The notes under the pieces: generated by a model
Databases searched by the model: none
The model's input: the letters and a program-made list of their open reading frames with translations, nothing else
Told to the model about the DNA's origin: nothing
Program-made: the position numbers and the translations under genes
Shown: positions 23,855 through 36,400 of the stretch, piece after piece
Layout of the letters: each line of letters opens with the position of its first letter
Numbering within the stretch: the first letter of the stretch is position 1
DNA from: Fimbriosthenelais zetlandica
Lineage: Eukaryota
NCBI GenBank assembly: GCA_977030845.1
Contig: OZ365115.1
Location: forward strand, 8,432,001 to 8,496,000
Direction: 5' to 3'
DNA: 64,000 bases

Positions 23855-26800
23855 TCATCTAATATGGCATTATGTTCTCGGGGTTTCTACCGAACAGAAA
23901 ATGACAGGAGACTTCGTCGTCAGTGTGCTGGAGTCCATTTAATAGACAAACTATACACTCCAGATTCCCTACTTAATTATTTGATTATCTAATTATGATG
24001 GGTCATGAAGCAGTTCAAAGGTTATACTCATGTCGACTTTAGCTGGCTATATAATTATGCCTTCCATTGAATGCTTTAGTTCATTTCCATGCAAAGTCAT
24101 CGTCGTTCCCTGCAAACTGCTTTCACGCTTGGCTGGTCAGAGTTTATTCAGACAAGTTTATTTGACTATACGATATATTAGTAGAGTTTTTGTGAGGAGA
24201 CCATATATATGGAGTGGGCGGAATAATAAGACACTGGGGGTTATGTATGTGAATGATATTCCTAGGAAATAGTCCTGTTGATTTAAGCCAACTTTAGGGA
24301 TATCACTATACCATAGGTCTACAATACACAAGTACTGGCTCAACTCGATATAACTGGATGTGTGTATACCCATTCTAATACAAAGACTATGCAGGAAAAT
24401 AACAAAATTTGAGAGGCAACATAACTTTATAAAATTTAACTTGCCATAACCTACATTTAAATAATTGTTAGTAAAACTAACAATGTGTGATTATCAATTG
24501 CAATTATTATAATGACAATGTTAATGAGAAATTAGAGAATTTTGGTCATTCAGGGACTCCACGCTTTGAATATTTCTATAATCGGCTCATTTGAGTTAAT
24601 TTATAACCAGTGATGCCCAGTCATATAATAGCCCATTGGCATTGGAGCTTGGCTGAATGGCACCCCATATAATTTCATGAAATCGGTGCTGTATGTTCTA
24701 CTTTACATACTTGACATTCCATGAAAAAATCATACCATTCTTGATTTTTGTCATATAAATCGCGGATAACCTTTTCACCAAGCAAGTGGCAAATGGCTTT
24801 TATTTTCTCCCATAAGACTGAATTCTGGACTAGTGTCGTTCTATATCTTGTTTGAGGGAATTGAGAAGGATTGTCACCTTGGACCGACTCTTAACCAAAC
24901 CAGTCGCCTTGTATGTATAAGCTTTCACGGAGGACAAAGAAGCAGACATAAAAAATTCCAAAATATCAATGGTGTGGAGAGCGCACCTGTCTGATTGAGC
25001 GCTACTTCTTGCTCCCCTTCCACCCAATGTTTCTCTGAAAACCGGTTTTTACACTCTTGCCATCCTGCTCAGTTATAAATAACCCTAGAAATACATCCCT
25101 TTCATGCATACAGATAATATAATTCCATGAGAACCTTATATTATATACCTGAATTGGCCGAATTCCAACATGAACCCAGAGCATGTATATTATACAGGAT
25201 TGTCATGGGCTAACCAGACTAATTCACCAGTGTCGGGCAGGGGGTCTGTATTCCAACCCCCGTGGGTATTGGAAGGTCGCGAGGTTAACCTGTAGTGAGG
25301 AGGTTTCAAATTATACTCTCAGTCACCTTCATTTAAAAGTGAACTTGAATGGTTCAGGATGGAAGATCCGTGGAAATATTCTGTAAAGCCTTGGTTATTA
25401 ACAAATGCATGCATTGTCCCATGCATTAGTAGTAAGGCTATCAGAGTATAACGATCAGGTCTATGATTTTTGTCGCAATCTGTATTTACTTAAGAATGCT
25501 GATTTATTTCTGTATTATAAACAGTAACATAAATCATATGATCTGAGAAAAAATAACCATTTAAAAAGGCCATTACAAAGCTTTTGAGTTGAATGTGTGA
25601 AGGTGAAATTATCTGTCACAGAGTATAGAGGGAGCCTTAGCGACAGGTGAGCATTACCCATCAGACTGAACTGACAGAGGACCATAGGCACCTCCATAGC
25701 CTGCCAGGGTAGACATGCTTCCCTTAATAACTATAATAGCTTAAGCATTCTCGCTAAGGACGCGGGCCAACCTGCTTCTGCCAACTCCAATTCATTGCAA
25801 GAAGGATAGGTATTTGAGCAGTAGCGTCGCGAGAATAGGCTTGAAAGAAAAAGTGGAAAGTGAAAGATTATTCTAGGCCATCAGACATGTGAGTATTAAT
25901 ATTATTCAGCTGCATATCTCAAGTTTTATGTGTGAAAAGGATTTCAATATTAAGCTTATCTTATTTAGTGGAACCTTTTTGACCATAATAGTTCGGCAGG
26001 GAATGTTGCTGAATAGGCCTAAATAGATAATATAGATTTTAAAGAAAAGTTAAAAAAAAATGATCGTGTTTGTAGTGTACTACATGCACACTTTCCATTG
26101 TAATCGATGCCTGGCTCCATCAGTGCAAATACGTTCTCATGAATACTGAAGCATTTCAAATTGGAGACCCACACTCGGTCGATATTTGGCAACGACAGTT
26201 TGTTATCATTTCCTCCATACATAATTATTATTAGGAGACTTGATTTTACTGCCACTAGAATCATTTGATTTATTGGCAGGACACAAAATATCTTATATGA
26301 TGTGGAACTTTTGGAAGCTTTGAGGATTCTGAGGAATCTCACACCTTGCCTTTTGTTTGGAAACATGTTCAACTCCCAGAGGATGTAATATGCATGGACC
26401 TTTATCATTTGTAAATAGTTGCATTAGTAAGTGAGGATGGTATTTAATGAAGATTTTATGTGTTTTCAGTGCCTTTTGGAGCGTGACCATAGAAAATGAG
26501 AGCCAGACATGCCAACTAGGCTTTAACATAAAGCAATTTAGCCGAGGACCTCTTCCATTACATCTACACACACAGTCAATGTTCAAGTATTTCCCATAAC
26601 CGAGATCGACCCATTTCCTATAAGCCTTTCACACGTGCCCTACATGCATTGGTTATGGACAAAGGTGATCATTCTTCCACTCCGTGTAAAAGACCGCGTC
26701 CAAAAAGGGGAATAATTAAGAGTGGCATGGGAAAGCTGGAAGCCCGAGTCCAGCGCCGATAATGGCCCTGAAGCTCCTCCCCCTCCTCATGCATGAAGTG

Positions 26801-27172
26801 TATGATCACAGTGTGTATTTACCTCAGTTCTATTGACACAACGGGCAAAGAGATTCACACCAATACAATCACAGGGCTTGATGTGTGTCAATCCTTTGAA
26901 ACTCTAGGTGGAATTTGTTCAAAAGATTATACCTGTCCACATCCAGTCCATGCTGCTCTCTTTCCAAATGTCATTTCATCCCTCATTTATTTTTATAGCC
27001 TCAAAGTAGCAGATAGCTTATTAGCTTTAGACCAAGATTATTATACTTAAGAAAGTGTTTGGAAGAAAGACGAATGTTCGGCGCGGCTGAACAAAGTCAT
27101 TTTCATACACTACGGAAATGTGGGAAAAAAATAAAAAATGTTTAAAATATTTGAATATGGACAGGACATGAA

Positions 27173-28441
27173 ATGGCGTGGAGAAAAAGTGACCTAGTTA
27201 AACATTCAAAAATGGATCTTAATTCGAACATGAATATCCTACGAGCAATGTTGGTGACAGTGATATTTTGCCTATACGCCTATTTGAGTTTAACTTTGGC
27301 AAATTCCACCTATGCACCTTACGGGGACAGTGGATCGTTGTCCTCATCATCGGAGGGAGCGAAGCCTCAGGCTAAGCTTCTAAACAAAGAAAGATTGAGA
27401 ACTCAAAACAACCACCTACCAATAGAAAGAAATCTTCATGATCCTGTGAAAGACATGACACAAATAACACTGAAACTAAGACACTTGGAAGAAATTGCTT
27501 TCAATCTCTCACAACACCACGGTACAAATGCTCCTGATTGTGGAGATGTGGATAAATTTCAATATCCAAACTATCTAAGAAATGTTCCGAACCCACACCC
27601 GTCTACTGGGAAAGGAGGAAAGATTTATAAATTATATATAGAACCAATGGGGCGATTTGGTAATCAAATGTTCCAGGTTGCCTCATTAATTGGCATAGCA
27701 AAAGCTACGTCCAGAGAAGCTGTGATAAGCCCAGTGTTTGACAGTATCCATAGGGTATTTAACATATCAATCCCTGTGGACTACCCACCCTTCGATACAC
27801 CATCCATCCACGAAAACACCTACGCCTCCTACCACCCAAAAGTGTACGAGACACAGCCAAGGGACATGAAATTAATTGGCTATTTGCAATCATGGAAATA
27901 TTTCTACCAATTCAGGACCGAATTCTCAGAGAAGGTGAAATTAAAGACCGATCTGTTAGTGAGAGCAAGCCAGGTGAAACAAAGAGCATGTGAATATTTG
28001 TATAACAGGAATCAGTCGAAAATGTATGTAAATTGCAGGGATATGACATACATAGGAGTTCACATTCGACGGTTGGACATGCATCCAAACTATGTGTCGG
28101 TGCCTACCAGCTACATCCACAAAGCTATGGCATATTTCCGAAGTAGTTACAAAAACACAGTATTTCTGGTATCTACCGATGATCACAAGTGGTGCAGAGA
28201 AGAGCTGAGTGAGACAGATGATGTGTACCTGTTGCCTGTAGATACATTTTTTAACCACTTTGCTGTTTTGACCATGTGTGATCACCATGTGATCAGCGTA
28301 GGAACGTTTGGTTGGTGGGCTGCATGGTTGGCAGGGGGCACTACTGTTTACTATCGTGAGCCAGTGCCTCGTAACTCAATACATTACTGCGGATTTGCTG
28401 CAGAGGACTACTTTCCACCAGAATGGAAAGGAATGACGTGA
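27173..28441 (+). CDS. Alpha-1,2-fucosyltransferase, glycosyltransferase family 11 (FUT1/FUT2-like), single coding exon
   Basis: 422-aa ORF with an N-terminal type-II TM (ILRAMLVTVIFCLYAYLSL). GT11 motifs GRFGNQMFQVASL, GVHIRRLD, FLVSTDDHKWC and CDHHVISVGTFGWWAAWL. The true start may be a downstream Met. Confidence 0.95.
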   Translation: MAWRKSDLVKHSKMDLNSNMNILRAMLVTVIFCLYAYLSLTLANSTYAPYGDSGSLSSSSEGAKPQAKLLNKERLRTQNNHLPIERNLHDPVKDMTQITLKLRHLEEIAFNLSQHHGTNAPDCGDVDKFQYPNYLRNVPNPHPSTGKGGKIYKLYIEPMGRFGNQMFQVASLIGIAKATSREAVISPVFDSIHRVFNISIPVDYPPFDTPSIHENTYASYHPKVYETQPRDMKLIGYLQSWKYFYQFRTEFSEKVKLKTDLLVRASQVKQRACEYLYNRNQSKMYVNCRDMTYIGVHIRRLDMHPNYVSVPTSYIHKAMAYFRSSYKNTVFLVSTDDHKWCREELSETDDVYLLPVDTFFNHFAVLTMCDHHVISVGTFGWWAAWLAGGTTVYYREPVPRNSIHYCGFAAEDYFPPEWKGMT

Positions 28442-29440
28442 TAATTATAGTTTAATGTTTTTTGTATGTAATTTTATGAAGAAAAAAGATCTCTTATAGT
28501 GATTTGTGACTGTTAGGCCTCACTATATAGTTGGATGTAGTCTATGAACTTTCTTTTCAGTGTATAGAAATACACATTTGGGGGTAAACTTCATGTACAG
28601 ATTGTGTATATGAATACTTCGATCATATTAATATGCTTTTCTATGGCATATTAGTCATGTGCTCTCATAAATCATGACACACCTCCTGACTCTCATAATT
28701 ATACGCTCAATGAAACACTTGGTACACTAATGATCGATCACAGCTCTCATTAAACTACCTAGGTGTTAATTACTAAAGGTGTACAATAACACTGTGCTTT
28801 AAGTGCCGCTATATGATTTGTTGCTTAGATTTACAATATATAAAAATGGATCAGATAAACATGATTTCATGATAAACGGATTTCTCTCGCCATTTAGTGA
28901 TAGATGCATGGATAAAATGTCCTAATGAATTTCAATTGTCAAAGTGACCTTTTACCTTTTGTTGAGATTTTTCATAACTAATCAATTAATTGCCCCGTAC
29001 CCGGAAGGGTGTCTCCCAACTTTGAGCTTATATAATAATGATATTATTAATTCCTAATTACATGTAAATACTGAATCCTATTACAGGGAGAGGCCGTCAG
29101 TGACAAAGTGGCTTATTTCGTATAATTATGACCTATTAGTAAGAGCTAAGTATGAAAGAAAAGGAAAACACGAATGTGGTACGGGATATGTTTGAGAACC
29201 TTTTACTCTTCCATGCATTATCTTTAAGTCTGCAACCTATAGTAAGTAACTTATTGATTTTAGGGAACAATGACATAAATTAACTTGAGGCAAGAACAAA
29301 CTCATGAACCTCTCAAAAACCTCTATTCTGTAATGAATATCACAATAAGTCTGTACTTTTGTATTAAAAGGACCATTTATAACAACAATGGAATAATCAT
29401 AATCATGCATGGTATTAGTTACACGCACCTGCACTGGATA

Positions 29441-31291
29441 TTATTTGATATCTTTTTGTTTTAAGACAAAGCATTCCACATAGACACGCCCTTCAGCCAT
29501 CACGTAATAATTGTGTTGTTTGATCTTATACACATAGGATATCATTTTATCCAATCTCTCCTCAACCAAAATGGCAGCAGAAAGTCTCTGAAGAAGCATT
29601 ATAAGTTGTCTATTTTCAGCCACATCCGAGACTGAATTTGACATGAGAGCAATGAGAAAGTTAACCAACAAGATGGGAACAACGATGACATAAGTCGTAT
29701 GTAGAATGGCAACATCAAATGAACCTGGAAATTCATCTGTCAGTTCAATCATGTTAAGCATGACTCTAAATGTGCTGTACATACTCCAAAACATGTCCTT
29801 GAATTCCTTCGAACAAACGTGGTTGATGTAAAAGAGGTTGAAAAATGCCTGAGAGAAGGAAAAGAACAGAATTACATAGAGAATGAGAAAATGGAACATA
29901 TCCTTGAGCATTCGCTGAATGATGGTAACGAAGTAGCCGAGAGCCGGAAGTAGCTGTATGAAGAAAAGCAAGGACCAAATATTGAGGATGTTGGCCAGCA
30001 TGTAGGCTTTGGCTGTTACTTGGGATATGGAGTCTGTATCCAGTTTTTTAGCAGCATGAAATATGATCACAGACGCCGCGAGGAGAAAGTTGCAGATTCT
30101 GTAAAACCGTGTCCGCACGACGAAGTTCTGAGAAGCAAAGAAATGGTAGCAACGTTGATCACGCTTTTTGATGTATCCATAATAAGCGATCAATTCAACC
30201 ATGTCAAACATGACTATGAGAATGGAGAAGACAATCACTGCTATTATCAAAAGATCCAAATATATCCTGTCCATGGTGAAAATAGGCTTTGGGCAGTATT
30301 GTGCATTTGGATCTGGTGGAATCGTTATATTTTCATTCGGTATGACATCTGTTTGCACATCGGAAACAGCACAGACGAATATAAGTCCAGTATAGAGCAG
30401 CCTGAGGAAGAACCAACAAACCAAATAAGGCACGTTGATCCAGATTTTACCAGAGATCCATTTCTGCAATGCTGGATGATCAACGAACGCCGACTGCCGA
30501 GCATGTAGGAGGAATTCTTTTTCCATAACGGTGAACATTTTCAGCGGGGACTTCTTCCGTCTTCTTCCATTTTCACCATAGCTCTCATAGTCCGTAACAT
30601 CATACCAAGTACATAAATGTGCCCCCAAAATACCCTTCTTGAACAGGTAAACTCCTTCCGTACCAAAGATCTTCTGGAAAAGTTTGAAGGTACGCAACCT
30701 CGCTGCTAATTCCAGAGGCCTTAATCCATCAGCGTCATCTAGAAATAAAAGCCTTCGCTTTTCTTTAACACTCAGTCTGTTCACTAGAAAATCATAGATC
30801 TCCACATAATTGTCTTGGTTTTCTGGCTCTATGGCAGCTGCCTTAATAATACCATGTATGACTGTGTCTCCGCGAAGATCCTGGACGAACAAATCAGCTG
30901 AATTCTCCAAGAACAAAGTGATAGCTCCAGTGGACTGGAAAACCGCAGCTAGGACAAGTGGCCGCTGATAGGCACAGGGTAAATGGACTATATCTTTATG
31001 GGAGTTGGCATGGTGAGGTTGGCAATCATAGACAAACCTACCGTTCACTAAAGTCAGCAGGTCTTCGGAGGAACCCGAGTATTCGTTCAATACACTTTGA
31101 ATCAAATCCACATCGTCTCTCTCCAAGGCTTCGTGCCAGAATTCATAATCGCTGATTGGCATCTGGTCGCCATACTTTTTCTTTTTGAGACTGGACCTCA
31201 TCCGGTGTAATCCGTTCGGGGTATGTCCATTATTCTGGATTTTGTGAGTGCCATTCAGAGCAGCTGAGGTTTGCTCTCCATGAATTCCCAT
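29441..31291 (-). CDS. TRPV5/6-like ankyrin-repeat TRP cation channel, single coding exon
   Basis: 616-aa ORF. Ankyrin-like RPLVLAAVF...DLRGDTVIH and DADGLRPLELAARL, linker YDVTDYE, six hydrophobic segments, pore SMYSTFRVMLNMIE, S6 ILLVNFLIALMSNS, and a TRP-helix region. Confidence 0.9.
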   Translation of the reverse strand: MGIHGEQTSAALNGTHKIQNNGHTPNGLHRMRSSLKKKKYGDQMPISDYEFWHEALERDDVDLIQSVLNEYSGSSEDLLTLVNGRFVYDCQPHHANSHKDIVHLPCAYQRPLVLAAVFQSTGAITLFLENSADLFVQDLRGDTVIHGIIKAAAIEPENQDNYVEIYDFLVNRLSVKEKRRLLFLDDADGLRPLELAARLRTFKLFQKIFGTEGVYLFKKGILGAHLCTWYDVTDYESYGENGRRRKKSPLKMFTVMEKEFLLHARQSAFVDHPALQKWISGKIWINVPYLVCWFFLRLLYTGLIFVCAVSDVQTDVIPNENITIPPDPNAQYCPKPIFTMDRIYLDLLIIAVIVFSILIVMFDMVELIAYYGYIKKRDQRCYHFFASQNFVVRTRFYRICNFLLAASVIIFHAAKKLDTDSISQVTAKAYMLANILNIWSLLFFIQLLPALGYFVTIIQRMLKDMFHFLILYVILFFSFSQAFFNLFYINHVCSKEFKDMFWSMYSTFRVMLNMIELTDEFPGSFDVAILHTTYVIVVPILLVNFLIALMSNSVSDVAENRQLIMLLQRLSAAILVEERLDKMISYVYKIKQHNYYVMAEGRVYVECFVLKQKDIK

Positions 31292-31835
31292 TTTGCTTTA
31301 GTAAACTCATGGGTGTGGCCTGTATGGCAGATGCAGTGAGATAGGAGAAAGATGGCAATAGATCTTTCAGATTATGTGGAATTAGTCTGCTGCTACAGTG
31401 ACGTAGGCACCTGTGTGTCCTTGATTGTGGCTGATACACGCATCCCGGATGCCATATAGAATGTATCGACTCAGGTAGATTCTAAATGACAATGGTTATG
31501 GGTGGTGTCCAATATTCACTTTCAAGTTTCACACCCAAGTTAATGAAATTATGAAGTATAATACAACATATGCAGCTCGTTAATTATCAGATCCTGCATG
31601 TAGTCTAAGTGAGCATATATTATTATACTTGTGGAACAGTAGGCCTACTGCATTGATTGATACTTTCTATTTAGAGGATTCATTCTATTTTGTATCCAAT
31701 TCTATTATTATTCTGTTCTTTTCTGTCCATAAACCTTCAATTCAGAACTAAGCTGTAAAATATCTGCATTATGACTGATGCTATACAGATTAAGACAATG
31801 ATCATTAAGGAGACTGAGTATAGGTATAAATATAT

Positions 31836-31975
31836 GCCATGCCTCAGTGGTAGAGTGTTGGACTGGAAAGTTACGGATGAGCCAATGCTGGTTCGAATCC
31901 CGGCAACGGCATAAAGAAATGCACATTTCCATGTTAAACCAGTTAAGCGTGAAGAAGCGCCAGGTATCAGTAACT
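31836..31975 (+). mobile_element. tRNA-derived SINE-like element
   Basis: A-box-like TGCCTCAGTGG and B-box GGTTCGAATCC, then AAACCAGTTAAGCGTGAAG, which is shared with the element at 57.7 kb. Too diverged to be a tRNA cloverleaf. Confidence 0.55.
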
Positions 31976-33454
31976 TAGGCCCCTCAGCAGAGTCGCGTTG
32001 ACATTGGGTTAGGCCTAGGACTAAAATAAGTTAAATAGGCAACCCCAAGAGGTGAGCGACTTCATGCAGCTTTCACCTATTGCTATCTGCTATACCCACA
32101 AGACACTTTCCCACCTTGGAAGAATTGTAGACCTACACCAATAGTTTAGCCTCAATATTTTATTCAAGAAAATTAATCCAACCTTTCTCCAGTATATTTT
32201 CTGCACCTACCAACAATTTACATATATATATAATATTAGTATAGAGATCGGAGGAAATAATACTTTCAATTCATATTACAATTACCATCGTCAATAGTCT
32301 CAATTCATACATGTCCGATCAGGAAATTTGTAAAGTGGACGGCATATAGATTGATACAAATAACAGGCATATCTATATAAGGACACTGCGGCAGACACAT
32401 GGAAGAGGATGCTAATTTAATTGCATGATTTCAACTGGTATAAAGGAAAAATGCAACGTGGCATAATTATTTTGCTACACCAGAATGAAAGAAGTATGAC
32501 ACAAGGCTTAAATATTCTGGATGATAGGCCTACTTGGTATGGATAAGGATGTTGATACGAACAGAGGCTACTTAAATACACGAAAAACATTGATGAATAA
32601 TCTTGTATAATATTGAAGACCCGTGAATTTCGAGGCTTTGGGACAGTTTGGAAGCAGCCATATACAATTCATGCAAAATATAACTCAGACAATTGTCTGG
32701 ATGACTTTTCAGGACAGCACTTCAGAATTAACTTTTTCTTCCATGTAGAAACAGTTTGGATAATTATGCACCGAGCACCATAGGAAAGTTGTCAGCGATT
32801 AACCCTACATAGTTAATCCGACGTTAAGAAAAAACCCATGAAATTCAGAGCTGGAAAATAGTTTTCCTTTTAAAATAGCCCAACAAGCTTGGCACAGATT
32901 GTTTTGGATGGAATGTACTGAACATAGATATAAATGGCGAGATAGGAAAAAGTAATGAAAGTTAGTAAAGTGACGCATGCGATATGGAGCATAAGCCCAA
33001 GAGAAAAAATCCCGTTTTCCTTCATACTCAATTAACTACAAGGCAAAAACATTTACCTACGTTTTAAAAAGGTGTCTTTTCCATCCCTAAAGGGAACAAC
33101 CATTATAACATTCCTTTATGGTGTGGGCCATGGAAAGGCCTTATAAGACACTGAATATTCCATATGAAAGCCAAAGCTGAAGATATTACAACAAGTTGGA
33201 TATATAATTACTGTACATGTATTAATGCTGGCCATACATCCTTATAGGCCTAAAGGCTCACAGGTTCTTTAGAACGCTACTACAGTTGAAGACCCTACTG
33301 CAGGAGAAGTTGCTAATTCATCCTTTCTAAATCAGGTTTCTTCCGTTTTCTGTATATCATATCGTCAAATTAAGTGACGTACTATCCCGGTGTCATCAAG
33401 GAAAATTACCCAGAAAGTCCATCAACCATAGCAACCTCCGAAGACGCAGGGTTG

Positions 33455-36400
33455 CTAAGCAACAACACCGTGATTTCTGACGTCAAAGTAGAGGCAACAG
33501 GCAGCAATGATGGCAAAGATCTAAGAAAAAATATACATGCCAAGAATTAAGAACTGGAAAAAAGTGTACATGATAATTGTGTTCTTACTCTCAACTAGCA
33601 TCAAATGTGGTTGAACAATTATTAGCTCAACTCACCAAATTCATATATCATAAAAAATGCATTGGAACATGGAAATGCTGAAGCAATTTAATTAAATTGA
33701 TACGAATGGAAATTGTTGAATATAAAATCTGAATTTTCATGCATGGTGAACAACAAAGACTGATGAAGGAGACTGTGGAAAAAACGAGCAGAAGAACAGT
33801 CGATCAGGAAAATGAATACTGACTATTTCAAAATGCAGAATCATTGCATGTATTTTGAATCATGGAAATGTACAAACATCTGTAAAGTACCTTTTAAAGT
33901 GTCTACACGGTCTCATATCCTGCTTTGATGGCTTTTCGCAGACAACATGCAAGAAGGACCCCCAATACCTATATAGGCAGGAGGGAGGCACAATCACATG
34001 AAGCAGTGTACAAAATTGAATATACAAACATGCAAATTATGGAAATATCATGGAAACAGGGAAAATTAACAGCGATAATTCTAAAGATGGCATTGCGTGC
34101 ATATATAGCAATACAATAATCTAGTAGGCCTATAATGATAGATTCATCAAACATCGACTACAGAAAGTTTCTATAAAACAGTGGCCAAGAAAATATCAGA
34201 GAAGCATAGAGAAGAGTTGGATGGAATTAAAGGATCACTTACCTGAACTGCTGCCAAGCCAAAAGCTATTCCAATCAGAATGCCAAGATGGCTCTTAACC
34301 CAGTCCTCAAGTGTTGGACGACATCCCTGCAGGATTGTTTTTATTTTTGAAAAATATATCACGTTTTTAAAAATGTATAAAGTAAGTCGAATATAATGGT
34401 CGTCATTAATAGAAAAGGCTATCAGAGGAATGAAGGAATTGTTATGCAATGTTTTCTGGTGCAGCCATTTGCAAACTGTGCAGACTCCGTGTATTGAACA
34501 CTTGAGATGCACTTAAAACCGCCAACTATGTTAGGCCTGTAGGCCTATAGGCTATCACCATTCGATAAACGTCCATGTAACCGACTAGTTCTCGGTCAAT
34601 AGCGAATGGCAGATAAATTATTACAGAGGATGGATTCTGTATTAGTGAAGCTGCGCACATTGTTCTTATAATTTATGTATCAATTCATCATGTCCCAATA
34701 CTGCAGTTAAAAAAAACTGCTACATCGCAACAGCAAATTGTTAAAAAGTGATTATCGACATAGGCTACTACGAAAATCAGATCGACTGTCAATGGACTCG
34801 GACTGTCAATAATACCAGAAAATGATGAGAGGACCAAGCATTATATTGCAGGCCCTGATTCCGAATACTAATTTTATACTGCCTCCTGAAGCAGTAAACT
34901 ATCGGATTTCAGGAATAAGTAAATTCATGAATGGTTGCAATAAGATTGATGGCATGACCAAGGAATGATAGGGTGGAAAAGAAATGACCAGTCACTGATT
35001 GCTAAGAAATTTCTGTCTTGAGTGAACTATCATTAGTTCGCGATCTTTTAGTTCTCTATCTAAATTGCTAAAGACAGATGGCAATATGACTTACCTGGAT
35101 CCAGACATACTGGTCTCTGTTAGGCAGGTTTGCGTTGCTAGCAGCAATTTGACATGCGGTTCTGTTTTGAGGTACTGGAATGTCTGCATTCTTATCAACC
35201 AGGGGGCAGCATGAATCAGGCACAACGATCTGCCATGAGAAAAGCCATAATGTATACTCAATTGTCTATTGGCACTTTCATCATCATGGATTAAACTATT
35301 GGAAACATTATCTTGGAATGTAAAATTGTACAACTTGAAGAACATCATGTTGATGAACTAGATTGGCCAGCTCGTTCTGATTGGTTCTTTTACAAGCATC
35401 TCGCCATTATTAGTGGGACTAGCTCGATATCCGAGTAAGCAGCACTGGGTTGCGAATGACAATTCAAATGGCATCCTCATTCCTTTATAAAACTTTAAAT
35501 AAGCAGGAAATATAACCTACATCAGTGTGGTTGTTCTCTTTGTACCATGTACTGGTCAGCCATTCCTCGGGACCACTGAGAGCACCGCAGCATTTAAACT
35601 GAAAAGAAACAAACGGTGGAAAAATGTACATTTTTAATAAGAAAAAGGAATAAAGTCTCGATGGATAATGTCCATGGATTGGATGAGAAAGAAAATATCA
35701 GAAAAGCAGAAGAAATCATAGATAAGATGGGTACCTCTTTCTGAACGAAATCATATGATTGTGTGATGACGTTGGGATATTCATCAGCCTTCTCAAAGGG
35801 CTTATACTTGTTCTGTACTGTATCATTCAAAGACTTGTCTAGCTGGCCAAGAATCTGCAAAATGGTGTTAAAAGATGATACAGTGAGTGATTTCCAGCCG
35901 TCTCAGGATAAACACAAATTGCTATGCTTCTCACCACAAGCATTGGAACATGACAAATTTGGATAAAGTTTGATAAGTTGAACCAGAGACCTCGAGTCCC
36001 ACATTCAAACTGAACTAATTAAGCCTATATCCAGGAAAATTAAAATCCGTTAGAATGGCAATATAACAGACTATATAACAGTAAAATATAACAGTAAAAT
36101 AAAGCATAATTACCTGATTTTGGAAAACTGCAGCAAGTATTCCAGCAATGAATTGCATAAAGAGAATGATTGAGACGAGCACTGCATACTGGAAGAGCAA
36201 CAACAACACTTCTTAATATTTTGCCCATTCTCTTGATCCACAGTGCTACATTTTCTTCTAGGATATTATCGAATTCCCTCATAAAATAGGGGGAAAATTA
36301 TAATTTCCAAAAGGCCTATATCATATACCAATTTTCTTTCATTGAAACCATTATTATAGACATCAATCTTACCATTAACAGGAAGCAAGCATTTTCTTTG

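Noticed and set aside
27956-28288. Minus-strand 110-aa ORF
   Set aside because: Antisense shadow of the fucosyltransferase CDS.
30020-30508. Plus-strand 162-aa ORF
   Set aside because: Antisense shadow of the TRPV CDS.
31836-31911. Functional tRNA gene
   Set aside because: The acceptor stem is mismatched, there is no clear anticodon arm, and it continues into sequence shared with another dispersed copy.
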